A DNA stretch of 64,000 nt. Origin: Macrostomum lignano (taxonomy: Eukaryota). The DNA lies in the NCBI GenBank assembly GCA_002269645.1, contig NIVC01000601.1, forward strand, positions 20,590-84,589, read 5' to 3'. The position numbers were made by a program, and so were the translations under genes. Below the pieces are notes generated by a model. It saw nothing but the letters and a program-made list of their open reading frames with translations, had not been told where the DNA came from and made no database searches. The stretch's first letter is position 1, and each line of letters opens with the position of its first letter. Below, in pieces: positions 24,289 through 35,594 of this stretch.

Positions 24289-26533
24289 GTCTGTCTGTCA
24301 CTCTGTCCGCAAGCTTTTATCTTCGTAATAATTAGGCTTTTTTTCGAAAAAAACCTTTAATTTTAACTAGGCGTCCAAAATAATAAATTGTATTGCCAGA
24401 GAAAACTGCAAATATCAATAACACGTTGAATTGTTAATTCTTCTTCGCTAAGTAGTCAGATGTAAAAATAATATTTTTGCTTAATTAACAATTTCTTTCT
24501 CGCATATTAGTTTTTAAAATTGTTGAGTGCACAGCAGCATGTTTGTTTTCTTGCCTAACTATCGTTTCAAAGATTTAAAATTCTGTTTGAATTTACGCGC
24601 TCTGAATCAGCGAACATTCAAGATCTGAGATCCTGGCTGCACACTAACAGAATGGGATCATTCGACTGAAACAAACATGGCTGTTGCTTAACTGAAGGGT
24701 CAGACTATTATCTCTTTATTCGTGCTCCATTTGCATGCGTTTTTACTCATTCGTTTTTTAGAATTAATTTGAAATTTTTTAGCATTTATGGCATATATTA
24801 ATCAAGTTGGTATTAATCAAGTTTCAGGAATTGTTAAACAGGTAAGCCAGCTAGTATTCATTTTTTGCCTTAACTGGTGCAATTAGTTTCCCATACAACT
24901 TGTGCATGAATGATTTAGATAACTCCGACTGTAGACTTATTGTAAAGTTTATTTTATAGCTCCATGCTAGGCCCTATTTGAATAATTTCCAACTAAAGTT
25001 TAGTCAGTAATATTCATCAGATATGTGTAATAAAGCCAATGTATTTTTTTTATAAATCTTCATGACTTTAGTGCTAAATAATAAGCCCTTGCCTTTGATT
25101 TGACTTCTTTATCCTTAGAATATGTTATATAAAGTCAAAGGCAAATATTAACACTAAGATATTATGTGACAGTAGTTTGTAGAAGTATATATGTACCATT
25201 TTTCCTTATCTTGCATTCATCATACTGTACTACTTGTATTCTTTAATTTTATTTTAACAATATTCTATATGTATTATTATCACGCTTATGTTACTGTTAA
25301 ATGCTTTGTTTCTTTGTAGTCTCATATATGTATTTATTCTATTATTTGTATTTCATTCTATCATTATTATTTCTCATAAAGTAGTTCCATCTATGTACAG
25401 TACTGGCATTATGATATTCTTGCACAATATATTTTATTGATTAATTTGTGCATGTACATTGTGTGTGGGGGGTTGTCTGGCTTTTGGATAAGGGTGTTGT
25501 TATCTGTTTACCTACCAATTAAATATACTTGCAATCAGTAGCCACTCTCTCCCTTTGCGCCCTCTTTGACTTTGCTTTGCTTCTTGCTCTAGGCTCGCAA
25601 ACCCCCTTTTTATTAGAAGCAGGGGGGTTGTGTGTACCTTGGCACAATTTAAGCGTCATTGGCACACAACTGGCGAAAGGCATTACTACCCATTCCGCCG
25701 ACTCCCCTGAGCAGGCATACAAGCGTGCGGATATGTTACGCAGGCATACACTCACACAGGAGTGTACAGCGGCCCTAACTTTATCAATTGTTAGGCATGT
25801 ACATTTCACTACGCCTTGGGGGGGGGGTTGGCTCTCAAGGCCGTTAATTGCACAAGCGAGCCAAGCCAAGATTCCAATCCAGCCCCAAATGAATGTGGCT
25901 GCACTTGGAATCGAGCCTGGGTCGCGGCACACCAGAGCAGCTGCACTACCGCTGGGCTATGGCCCCCCTGCAAACCCCTTAGCTATCTGGCCTCCTTGCC
26001 TCAACTCTCCCGTCACCTACCTCAGCCTACCAACCAATCAACTGAATCCCAATCTTTGCAAGGCATAATGATTCAAAGTAACACTAAAGGGTGAAAGCTG
26101 CTCGCTGATCTGCTAAGTCTAAATCGTGAACTATCCAGTTAACTGCTACACAAACCATCTTTCCACCTTATTTGTCACAATTACAATAAGTTGATATAAG
26201 AAAAGTTTATAAATAAAAGTTAGGCCTAGCCTAATGACTTATAAAAATGGAGCAAGATTTTTTTGTTAAGTTTTAACCAATTGATAGATTGCAATAAGAA
26301 TTAAAAGACAATAAGATTTGTTTAAATAATTTATCTATAATATAATACCCGAATGGCTATGTTTGTAGTTTAGTTTATTCAAGTAAATAAGATAAAAATA
26401 TTATAAAAGATTATATTTCAATATAAATCATATCTAATGATAATGAATTTCAAAATGAAAAAATCAAAAATGCTGCCCTATCAACAATAAACATTTTATT
26501 TATTATGTTAAAGTTTTAAAATATATTATTACC

Positions 26534-26568
<35 letters not shown>

Positions 26569-29500
26569 ACAATCTCCCTAATTAAAACTAGCTAAGAAAG
26601 TTAGTTTTAACAAAAATGCAACTTAGTTAGCTTTAGTAGTCTAATTGTAGTTTTTATTGTTTTTTTCAGTTTTTTATTTCTTTCTGTTCTCTTTCATCTT
26701 CCATTTTGCTTTGCTCTTATTTTCCTTTTTAATTTATTGTTTTTTGGAAAAGGTCAATTTTGTAATAGCCTCTATCTAGCTAGATTGGTCAGGTTGGCTA
26801 GGTGTTGTACATGTAAAGCAGGCATATAGCCAGAAATTTTCTTTGGGGGGAGAGAGCATAGGCCACATCTTGAAATGGAATTTTTTTGGTTGGGGGATAA
26901 GATGCTTGTAAGGAGAAAAACATATTTCAAAAAATTTTTGGCTATTGTTGGGGGATTATATCCCCCAATCCCCTCTCCTTATACCCTTGATATAAGGTGA
27001 TTTTAATAAGAATTTGTAAATATCAAGCAATCAAAAGTATTATATTATATATTTTTATTTTCTTTTATATTTATTAATTGTTTTTCTAACCAAACAAGTA
27101 TAAAATGGCTACTTTAATAATACTTACTATAGGCAAAGTGCCTTATAAGGTAGCTATCATAGAATAATAAATTTATAAGCATCTATCTATACTAAATCTT
27201 ATATCTACTAAAGCTGAGTGGACTAGCTGGCTGGGCTTAATGTGTATCTCCTCTTAGATGGCTAGCAACTTAAAAGCAAGACATATATATCATCAAATTT
27301 TGCAACAATAAAATTGCTTATTTATTGAGTAGGAAAAGTCTGTATTGATATATAAAAAATCCTGCATTTGTATTTTAAGTCTCACATTTGAGCTGCTAGC
27401 CATCTAGGAGTAGATATGCATTAAACCCAGCTGGCTAGTCCACTCAGCTTTAGATATAAAAAGATACCTTGTCTTTGAAGAAGTCAAAGAGGCTAATATA
27501 GCCTTAACTTAGACCCATCTATTAATTAAAAAGGAACTAATCCATTTGGTTCCAAATAGCAAGTCATTCAATTTATATTTATCCTGTGTAAAACTTTTTG
27601 TCCCATCTCAGACCTCTACAAATTTATGAATTTTTAGTGCTACACAACGTAGAGAAAATTGGCAGATATAGAAAAATTTCTATGAAAATCTTGCCAGATT
27701 GATAAATTAGAATGTACAATACAACTATACCAAATGAATGTCTCTTTACATTGCTTGTATAGCCTACTAACAGTAGAAACATCAGGAGAATACACTTACA
27801 AATTATCTACAAAATGAAAAAATCAATACTGCCCATAGAATAAAAATAATAGAGTTCTTTATTACAACACAATGAGACAACAGTGTCTATATAGTCGAGA
27901 TCGACAGTTTAAATTCAAACCAACGACCCCCACTCAGGTGCTCTCCGCCAACTCGTTGATAATTCGAGCCAGGCTGGACCGCGAAAGCTGCTGCCCGCCA
28001 CCGAATGGCGCTGCCACTTGACAGGCCTGCGCTCGCCAGACTCTGACTGGGCCTGCGCAGCCGCTCGCGAGTACCTACGCCGACGTTTAGTTTCAAGAGA
28101 CGCCGTTCTGTCTTTGGATAACGACGAAGGGCCCGGCGCCGCCGCCGCTGCTGGCACTCTGTACTTGTCTGACGCGGACGGCTGCCGGATGAGCATTAAT
28201 ACGGAGCTAGTGCTAGCCGGATTGGCCTTGGCCACCTGCCATCGTTTGGCCGGGCCTGAGGGCGAAGCTCGTCGCGCGAAACGTGGCGTCTGGGGCGGCG
28301 GCGGCGGCGGGAGCGGCCGTTCGCCGTCTGCTTGTTTTGCAGCAACACCAGGTATTGGCCAGGTCAGTCTAGAAGAGATTCGACTCTGCATTGCGTAACA
28401 TTAATTGGGATTTTAAATTGAATTCGAATGAGGTCATAGATAGGGAGGGTAGTTTAGCATAGATATATGTGATGTCACGGGTGGGATTAGAGTCAGAAAG
28501 ATGAGATCAGAGCTCGAAAGATGAGACCAGAATAGGAAAGATGAGATCAGAATAGGAAAGATGAGATCAGAATAGGAAAGATGTGATCAGAATTGGAAAG
28601 ATGAGATCAGAATAAGAAAAATGCGATCAGAATAAGAAAGATGAGATCAGAATAGGAAAGATGAGATCAGAGTAGGAAAGATGAGATCAGAATAAGAAAA
28701 ATGCGATCAGAATAAGAAAGATGAGATCAGAATAGGAAAGATGTGATCAGAGTAGGAAAGATGAGATCAGAATAAGAAAAATGCGATCAGAATAGGAAAG
28801 ATGAGATCAGAATAGGAAAGATGAGATCAGAATTGGAAAGATGAGATCAGAATTGGAAAGATGAGATCAGAATAGGAAAGATGAGATCAGAATAGGAAAA
28901 ATGAGATCAGAATAGGAAAGATGTGATCCCCACTCGATCTCAGGTGCTGTCCGCGGTGCTGGAGGAGGTGGAGGACGCCGCTAGCTGGCGCATTCAGCTT
29001 GCAGACTGGAAGCATTCCTCAGGCCTGGCTTCGTTCCGTCTCTACGGCGTTGCTGCCCCGTTGCCGGGCGAGCCCTGCCACGAGGCGGCGCGTTTCTTTG
29101 TAGAGGCTCGCCTGCTGCAGAAGCGGCTGCGGCTGGTCGTGTGCGAGGCCTCCTTTGACTGCGGCGCTGGGGGCCAGCTGCGTCTGGCCGGCTGGGTGCC
29201 GCATCCCAGCGGCTGCATCTCCGAGCTGCTGGTGCGGCGGGGTCTCGCTAGGTGAGTGATGGCTGCTGACCAGGTGTCATTGGGATTGAGTATCACTCGC
29301 TAGGTGAGTGATGGCTGCTGACCAGGTGTCATTGGGATTGAGTATCATTCGCTAGGTGAGTGATGGCTGCTGACCAGGTGTCATTGGGATTGAGTATCAC
29401 TCGCTAGGTGAGTGATGGCTGCTGACCAGGTGTCATTAGGATTGAGTATCATTCGCTAGGTGAGTGATGGCTGCTGACCAGGTGTCATTGGGATTGAGCA

Positions 29501-32500
29501 TCACTCGCTAGGTGAGTGATGGCTGCTGACCAGGTGTCATTGGGATTGAGTATCACTCGCTAGGTGAGTGATGGCTGCTGACCAGGTGTCATTGGGATTG
29601 AGTATCATTCGCTAGGTGAGTGATGGCTGCTGACCAGGTGTCATTGGGATTGAGTATCACTCGCTAGGTGAGTGATGGCTGCTGACCAGGTGTCATTGGG
29701 ATTGAGTATCACTCGCTAGGTGAGTGATGGCTGCTGACCAGGTGTCATTGGGATTGAGTATCATTCGCTAGGTGAGTGATGGCTGCTGACCAGGTGTCAT
29801 TGGGATTGAGTATCACTTGCTAGGTGAGTGATGGCTGCTGACCAGGTGTCATTGGGATTGAGTATCACTCGCTAGGTGAGTGATGGCTGCTGAGCAGGTG
29901 TCATTAGGATTGAGTATCATTCGCTAGGTGAGTGATGGCTGCTGACCAGGTGTCATTGGGATTGAGTATCACTCGCTAGGTGAGTGATGGCTGCTGACCA
30001 GGTGTCATTGGGATTGAGTATCACTCGCTAGGTGAGTGATGGCTGCTGACCAGGTGTCATTGGGATTGAGCATCACTCGCTAGGTGAGTGATGGCTGCTG
30101 ACCAGGTGTCATTGGGATTGAGCATCACTCGCTAGGTGAGTGATGGCTGCTGAGCAGGTGTCATTAGGATTGAGTATCACTCGCTAGGTGAGTGATGGCT
30201 GCTGACCAGGTGTCATTGGGATTGAGTATCATTCGCTAGGTGAGTGATGGCTGCTGACCAGGTGTCATTGGGATTGAGTATCACTCGCTAGGTGAGTGAT
30301 GGCTGCTGACCAGGTGTCATTGGGATTGAGCATCACTCGCTAGGTGAGTGATGGCTGCTGACCAGGTGTCATTGGGATTGAGCATCACTCGCTAGGTGAG
30401 TGATGGCTGCTGAGCAGGTGTCATTAGGATTGAGTATCACTCGCTAGGTGAGTGATGGCTGCTGACCAGGTGTCATTGGGATTGAGTATCATTCGCTAGG
30501 TGAGTGATGGCTGCTGACCAGGTGTCATTGGGATTGAGTATCACTCGCTAGGTGAGTGATGGCTGCTGACCAGGTGTCATTGGGATTGAGTATCACTCGC
30601 TAGGTGAGTGATGGCTGCTGACCAGGTGTCATTGGGATTGAGTATCACTCGCTAGGTGAGTGATGGCTGCTGACCAGGTGTCTAAAAGGTAAAGTTCATA
30701 CTTTTGGCAAAGGCAAAATGTTTTTAAATTCTGTATCATACTACTTCGTCTGGTCCTATTAGTAGTGCAAAAGCAACCGCGCATTTCTTTCTACAGGCAC
30801 CGCGAGGAGCGGCCGCCGTCCTGCTCGGAAGCCGGTCGCGACCTGGTCACCGCTGCCGCCTCCGTCATCGACAGCCTGTGCCGCGCCGAGGCCTCCGCCC
30901 GGGCCGACGGCCGCTGGCTCTGGTCCCGGCAGCCGAACTCCGGCCTCAGCAGTGCCGACAGCCTTCAACACCTGGCGCCGGGCAAGCAGATTGACGGCAC
31001 GGTTGTGGAGGTCGGAAACGGGGACAGCTTGGTGATCCGGCCCGATCCTCCGCTCCATGCCGAGCTCTTTGTTCGGCTCCAACTGGCGCACCTGCGTCCG
31101 CCCGCGCCGCCAGCCGGCTCGCCGACTCCGCATCGGCCGCTGTTTGAAGTGCCGCACCTGCTGGAGGCCAGGGAGCTGCTGCGGCGCCGCCTGCTCGGCC
31201 GCCGGATCGCCGCCCGAATTAAAGCGGCCGGACAGTCCGCCGGCCTCGCCGCCTCGGTGCGGATTGTCGGCGAGCCGGCGCGATCAGCTGATCCAGCCGA
31301 GGCGCTGCTCCGCGCCGGCCTGGCCTACTTGGCGCCTGGCGCTGGCGAAGCGCCTGCGGCTCTGCGCGCCGCCGAGGCCGACGCTCGCCAGCGCCGAGCG
31401 GGAGTTCACGCCGCTGGGGCTCATCAGCCGCCACGGGTGCAGGATCTGGCTGGCCGGGGTGGGCAGCTGGCTGCCAGGCGCCTGCCCGAGCTCGTGGTGA
31501 GTTCGCGATCACCAGAGTATGAGCCAATCATTATGAGTTCATTAGAGTGCATTCAGAGCTTAGCATTTAATACGCATGGATAAGTTTCTTGTGCGTTTCT
31601 TTCTTTCATCAGTCTAAGCCAGACGAGGCAACATGTGAAAAGACTCGCATGTTCTCCATTAGTTTTTTCATTAGTTTCTTACAGATGAAGATGCTGGAAG
31701 CAGAGCATTGCCCCTGATATCAAGCTTTTAGCATAAGAGTATTATAATTACGGCGCCGCCCTCCCTTTGAGCCCTGGAATCTCAGCAACTCGCACTATCT
31801 CTCACTCCCATCTCCCTCATCTCTATCTCCCCACCCCATATCTCACATCTCCCCACCCCTTATCTCACATTTCCCCACCCCATATCTCACATCTCCCCAC
31901 CCCATATCTCACATCTCCCCACCCCATATCTCACATTTCCCCACCCCATATCTCACATCTCCTTATCCCATATCTCACATCTCCCCACCCCATATCTCAC
32001 ATCTCCCCACCCCATATCTCACATCTCCCCATCCCAAATCTCACATCTCCCCATCCCATATCTCACATCTCCCCATCCCATATCTCACATCTCCCCACCC
32101 CATATCTCACATCTCCCCACCCCATATGTCCATGTGGCAGTCCGCAGGCCCCGGCCTGGCAGCCATAGTGGAATTCGTGGCCAGCGCCAGCCGCCTACGC
32201 GTTTACCTGCCCGACCGGTCGCTTCTGGCCGGCTTTCGTCTGGACGGCGTCGCCTGTCCGCAGCCGCCGCCGGCGTCGTCGAAACAAAAATCCGGCTTTA
32301 GCGGAGGCAGCGGCGACCCCGGCTGGCAGGCGGCGGCCAGGTTTGTGAAGGAGCTGTGCCTCCAGCGGGATGTCCGAGTGTCCGTGACCGGCTCCGACTC
32401 TGGCGGCAATCTGATTGGCCAGCTGGAGCTGCCCGACGGCCGTTCGCTAGCCGACGTGCTTGTCGAACGGCGTTTCGCTCAGCGACTACCGGCGTTGCCT

Positions 32501-34673
32501 AGCAACGTAGCTAACGTTGGCGCGAATTTAGTGGCTTCCCCTCCCGCAGGTGCAACCGCTACAGGTAAGGATTTTTGCTTTTATAGTTCAGTGAAATCAC
32601 AGCCTGAGGACTCAATTTCTAGGAAATAGGGGCTCAATAAACGAGTAGCCCAGTGGTCTAGCGCGGCGCTCTGATGTGCCAGCGGCCCAGGCTCGATTCA
32701 AGTTGCATTCACATTAATTTGAGGCTAAATTGGAATCTCGGCTTGGCTCTGCTCGTGCAATTGACACAGTGAAGTGTACATGCCTAACAATAAATGAAGT
32801 TAGGGCCCCTGTACACTCCTGTGTGAGTGTGTGCCTGTGCTATGACTGCGTACGTATCCGCGCGCTTGTGTGCCTGCTCAGGGAAGTCGGGCAGCTATGC
32901 CTCTCGCCGGTTGTGTTCCACCTAAAGCGTTAATTCCCTCCCACGCACCCCCTGCGTTTCCAATGCAATCTGTAAGCGGCCACCTCGGACCAGCCGCCGC
33001 AGTCGGAGATCTGCGGCATCAGCGAGGTCAAGCCTGACGGCCTGTTTTTCATCCAGGTGACTCGGCACGGCGAGCAGTTCGAGCAGATGAGCGCCAGTCT
33101 GCAGGTATAGTGCGATACCTGGGTGACCTCTGGGATTATTCCCCTAGCTCTGGCAATTAACTTTTCCATCTCGACATGCTGATAAATCACTTTTTTCGAA
33201 TCATATTCTCAAATGGCTTTCCCTCTTTTTCCATGCTTTTAATTCTCAAATAGTTCTAATTTCCTGCATAATTCCTATCATCAATACTCGCATCTAACCA
33301 AACCAGTGTTCCACTCTGTAATTTTACCCTGCATCCCCACTTGATAATCCCCACCCCTCATCCTCTAATCCTTGTCACCCGATAATCTTTAACCAGTAAC
33401 CTCCAATCGAAAATCTTCACTCGCGAATAGCCACCACGCTATAATCCCCACCCGATAATCCCCACCCCTCATTCTCTAATCCTTGTCACCCGATAATCTT
33501 TAACCAGTAACCTCCAATCCAAAATCTTCACTCGCGAATAGCCACCACGCTATAATCCCCACCAGATAATCCCCACCCGATAATCCCTACCCGATAATTT
33601 CGACCCGATGATCCCCACCCGATAATCCCTACCCGATAATCCCCACTTGATAATCCCTACCCGATAATCCCAACCCGATAATCCCCAAGCGATAATCCCA
33701 ATCCGATAATCCATACGATAATCCCCACCTGATAGTCCCCACCAGATAATCCCTACCCGATAATCCCGACCCAATGATCCCCACCCGATAATCCCCACCC
33801 GATAATCCATACGATAATCCCCACCTGATAGTCCCCACCAGATAATCCTAATCTGATAAACTTCACCCGATAATCCCCATCTGATAAACTCCACCTGATA
33901 ATCCCCATCTGATAAACTCAACCTGATAATCCCCATCTGATAAACTCAACCCGATAATCCCCACCTGATAAATTCCACCCGATAATCCCCACCCAATAAT
34001 CCCACCCAAAAAAACCCACCCTATAGTCCCCAGGGTTGTATGATAATCCCTCTTACATCATTGCGCTATAAACCCCCACTCCAATCCCCCCCCCCTAACT
34101 CAGGCGGCCATGCAGTCGGCGCCTGCAGGCGGCTTCGATCCGCCCGCCTCAGGCGGCCTGTTCGCGGCCAGATTCTCCCAGGACGGCCAGTGGTACCGGG
34201 CCCGGCTGCTGCACCGCCACCCGGCCGGCAGTCGCAGCCTCACCGTGCGCTTCGTTGACTTCGGCAACGACGAAGCCACCGCAGCTTCCGAGCTGGCGCC
34301 TCTGCCCGCCGAGCTGCAGTCGCCGCCTCTGGTGCCGTTCGCCCACGCCTGCCGCCTGGCGCTCGTGCGCACCGCCGACGCCTTCGCCGCATCGCACTCG
34401 CAGACTCTCTGCGCCGCTCTCGGAGCCAACGACGGCCGGGAATGGACAGTCAGGCTGATGACTGTTGAAACCGGACGCTCTGCTGCTGACGAGGCGGAAG
34501 TCTGGCGAGTGGCCCTCTGCGATGCTGCCGGGGTCGACTTGGCTGAGTCGCTGATTGAGCAGGGCTGCCTGGTTGTGGATGAGTCAGAGTCTGCCGCCGC
34601 CGCTGCCTGCACCTGGTGGTCGGAGCTGCTGGCTCGGTACATCGCCAAGCAGCAGCAGCAGCAGCAGCGGTGA
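24144..34673 (+). CDS. SND1: Divergent Tudor-SN (SND1)-like protein, ~865 aa; exons 24144-24185 (tentative), 27938-28362 (one -1 frameshift), 28944-29251, 30797-31496, 32141-32564, 32977-33104, 34104-34673
   Basis: Four SN-like repeats (VLSANSLIIR...AAREYLRRRL...INTELVLAGLA...ARRAKRGVW; AVLEEVEDA...EAARFFVEARLLQK...HPSGCISELLVRRGLAR; GTVVEVGNGDSLVI...EARELLRRRLLG; AIVEFVASASRLRVYLP...VKELCLQRDV), then Tudor AARFSQDGQWYRARL...VRFVDFGN. All junctions are GT-AG and phase-compatible. Probably a paralogue rather than the canonical orthologue. Confidence 0.88.
25555..25967 (-). mobile_element. tRNA-derived SINE, family 2 (intronic, antisense)
   Basis: Reverse complement starts gggggccatagcccagcggtag with B-box GGCTCGATTCC; the body is shared with 32629-32930. 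Confidence 0.8.
27208..27453. mobile_element. MITE-like foldback element with ~75-bp terminal inverted repeats
   Basis: Left ctaaagctgagtggactagctggctgggcttaatgtgtatctcctcttagatggctagc versus reverse complement of right ctaaagctgagtggactagccagctgggtttaatgcatatctactcctagatggctagc. Confidence 0.8.
28495..28925. repeat. 20-bp intronic minisatellite (aataggaaagatgagatcag)
   Basis: Direct tandem array. Confidence 0.95.
29245..30682 (+). repeat. 52-bp minisatellite whose unit contains the exon end and 5' splice site (tcgctag|gtgagt), ~27 copies
   Basis: The first unit overlaps the true donor at 29251/29252. Confidence 0.97.
31790..32130. repeat. C-rich ~22-bp intronic minisatellite (ccccaccccatatctcacatct)
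   Basis: Array ends just before the acceptor at 32140. Confidence 0.93.
32629..32930 (+). mobile_element. tRNA-derived SINE, family 2 (intronic, sense)
   Basis: A-box TAGCCCAGTGG at 32646, B-box GGCTCGATTCA at 32690; core shared with the 25.8 kb and 55.7 kb copies. Confidence 0.8.
33330..34020. repeat. C-rich ~14-bp intronic minisatellite (ccccacccgataat) preceded by a ~120-bp duplication
   Basis: Direct tandem array. Confidence 0.9.
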
Positions 34674-34811
34674 TCAGTCGGATCGGCTTTGAACCAATTT
34701 TTATCATTGGTTTTTGGACTATGAAATGTCTATCTAGCTACTGATAGTAGCTTCACTGTTTAGTTTTATTTGTTGTAATTTTTATTTTTTATCAGCTGTG
34801 ACTTCTGTGTT

Positions 34812-34892
<81 letters not shown>

Positions 34893-35594
34893 TAGTGTCT
34901 GTCTGTCTGTCTTAGTGTCTGTCTGTCTTAGTGTTTGTGTGTGTCTGTCTGTCTGTCTGTCTGTCTGTTTTTATGTTTGTCACCTGCGTTTATCTGAGCC
35001 GACCTTCTATTGCACTTTTGCAGTGCTGGTTTATATTGGCTTGATTTCCTGTATTGCCAATTTAGCAAGTTGCATTTTAGATCAGGACATCTGTGGATTA
35101 ATATAATTACGGATATTTTACGTATAGGCTCAAACATTAGAGAATAAGTAGGCAGATATCATTAGTTTCACAGATATGTGACAATAAACAAATCCCAGAT
35201 TAATAAATCAGAGGGGCGTTTAGCGAGCTCGAAACTTAACTCGAAACCTTTATTTTTAGGCGCTTTCACTACCTGACAACTTGAACCAACTCGTGAATGT
35301 AAAATTTTGAGCTTGTCAAAGCGACTCGGTCAGAGACAGACATGAGTAAAAGCAGACATGAGACGAGAATTTCTCCTTTAGAATTGCATTTGAAAAATCT
35401 GTTTCTGCTTTTAATATAATATACCTTTCCCTACTTAATTTCATTCTGAAAATACACCTGTGTTTTTAACCGCACCGCCTACTTTTTGGCTTGTTTCCGT
35501 GTTTTTTATAACTAGTGACTGTTTCTCTTGTGTTTATTTCGTGTCTCGGATATAGAATAGATTACAGACTCACTAAGTACGAGTACTATATGAG

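Noticed and set aside
26290-27890. AT-rich block as a possible mitochondrial insertion
   Set aside because: No recognisable mitochondrial gene or rRNA; it contains a foldback element and lies in a predicted intron.
27872-27937. In-frame ATG at 27872 as the start of the SND1-like gene
   Set aside because: Possible, but ctcag| at 27937 is a good acceptor and 24144-24185 offers a phase-0 exon with a GTGAGA donor, at a position I recall matching the vertebrate SND1 intron 1 (unverified). Kept as an alternative.
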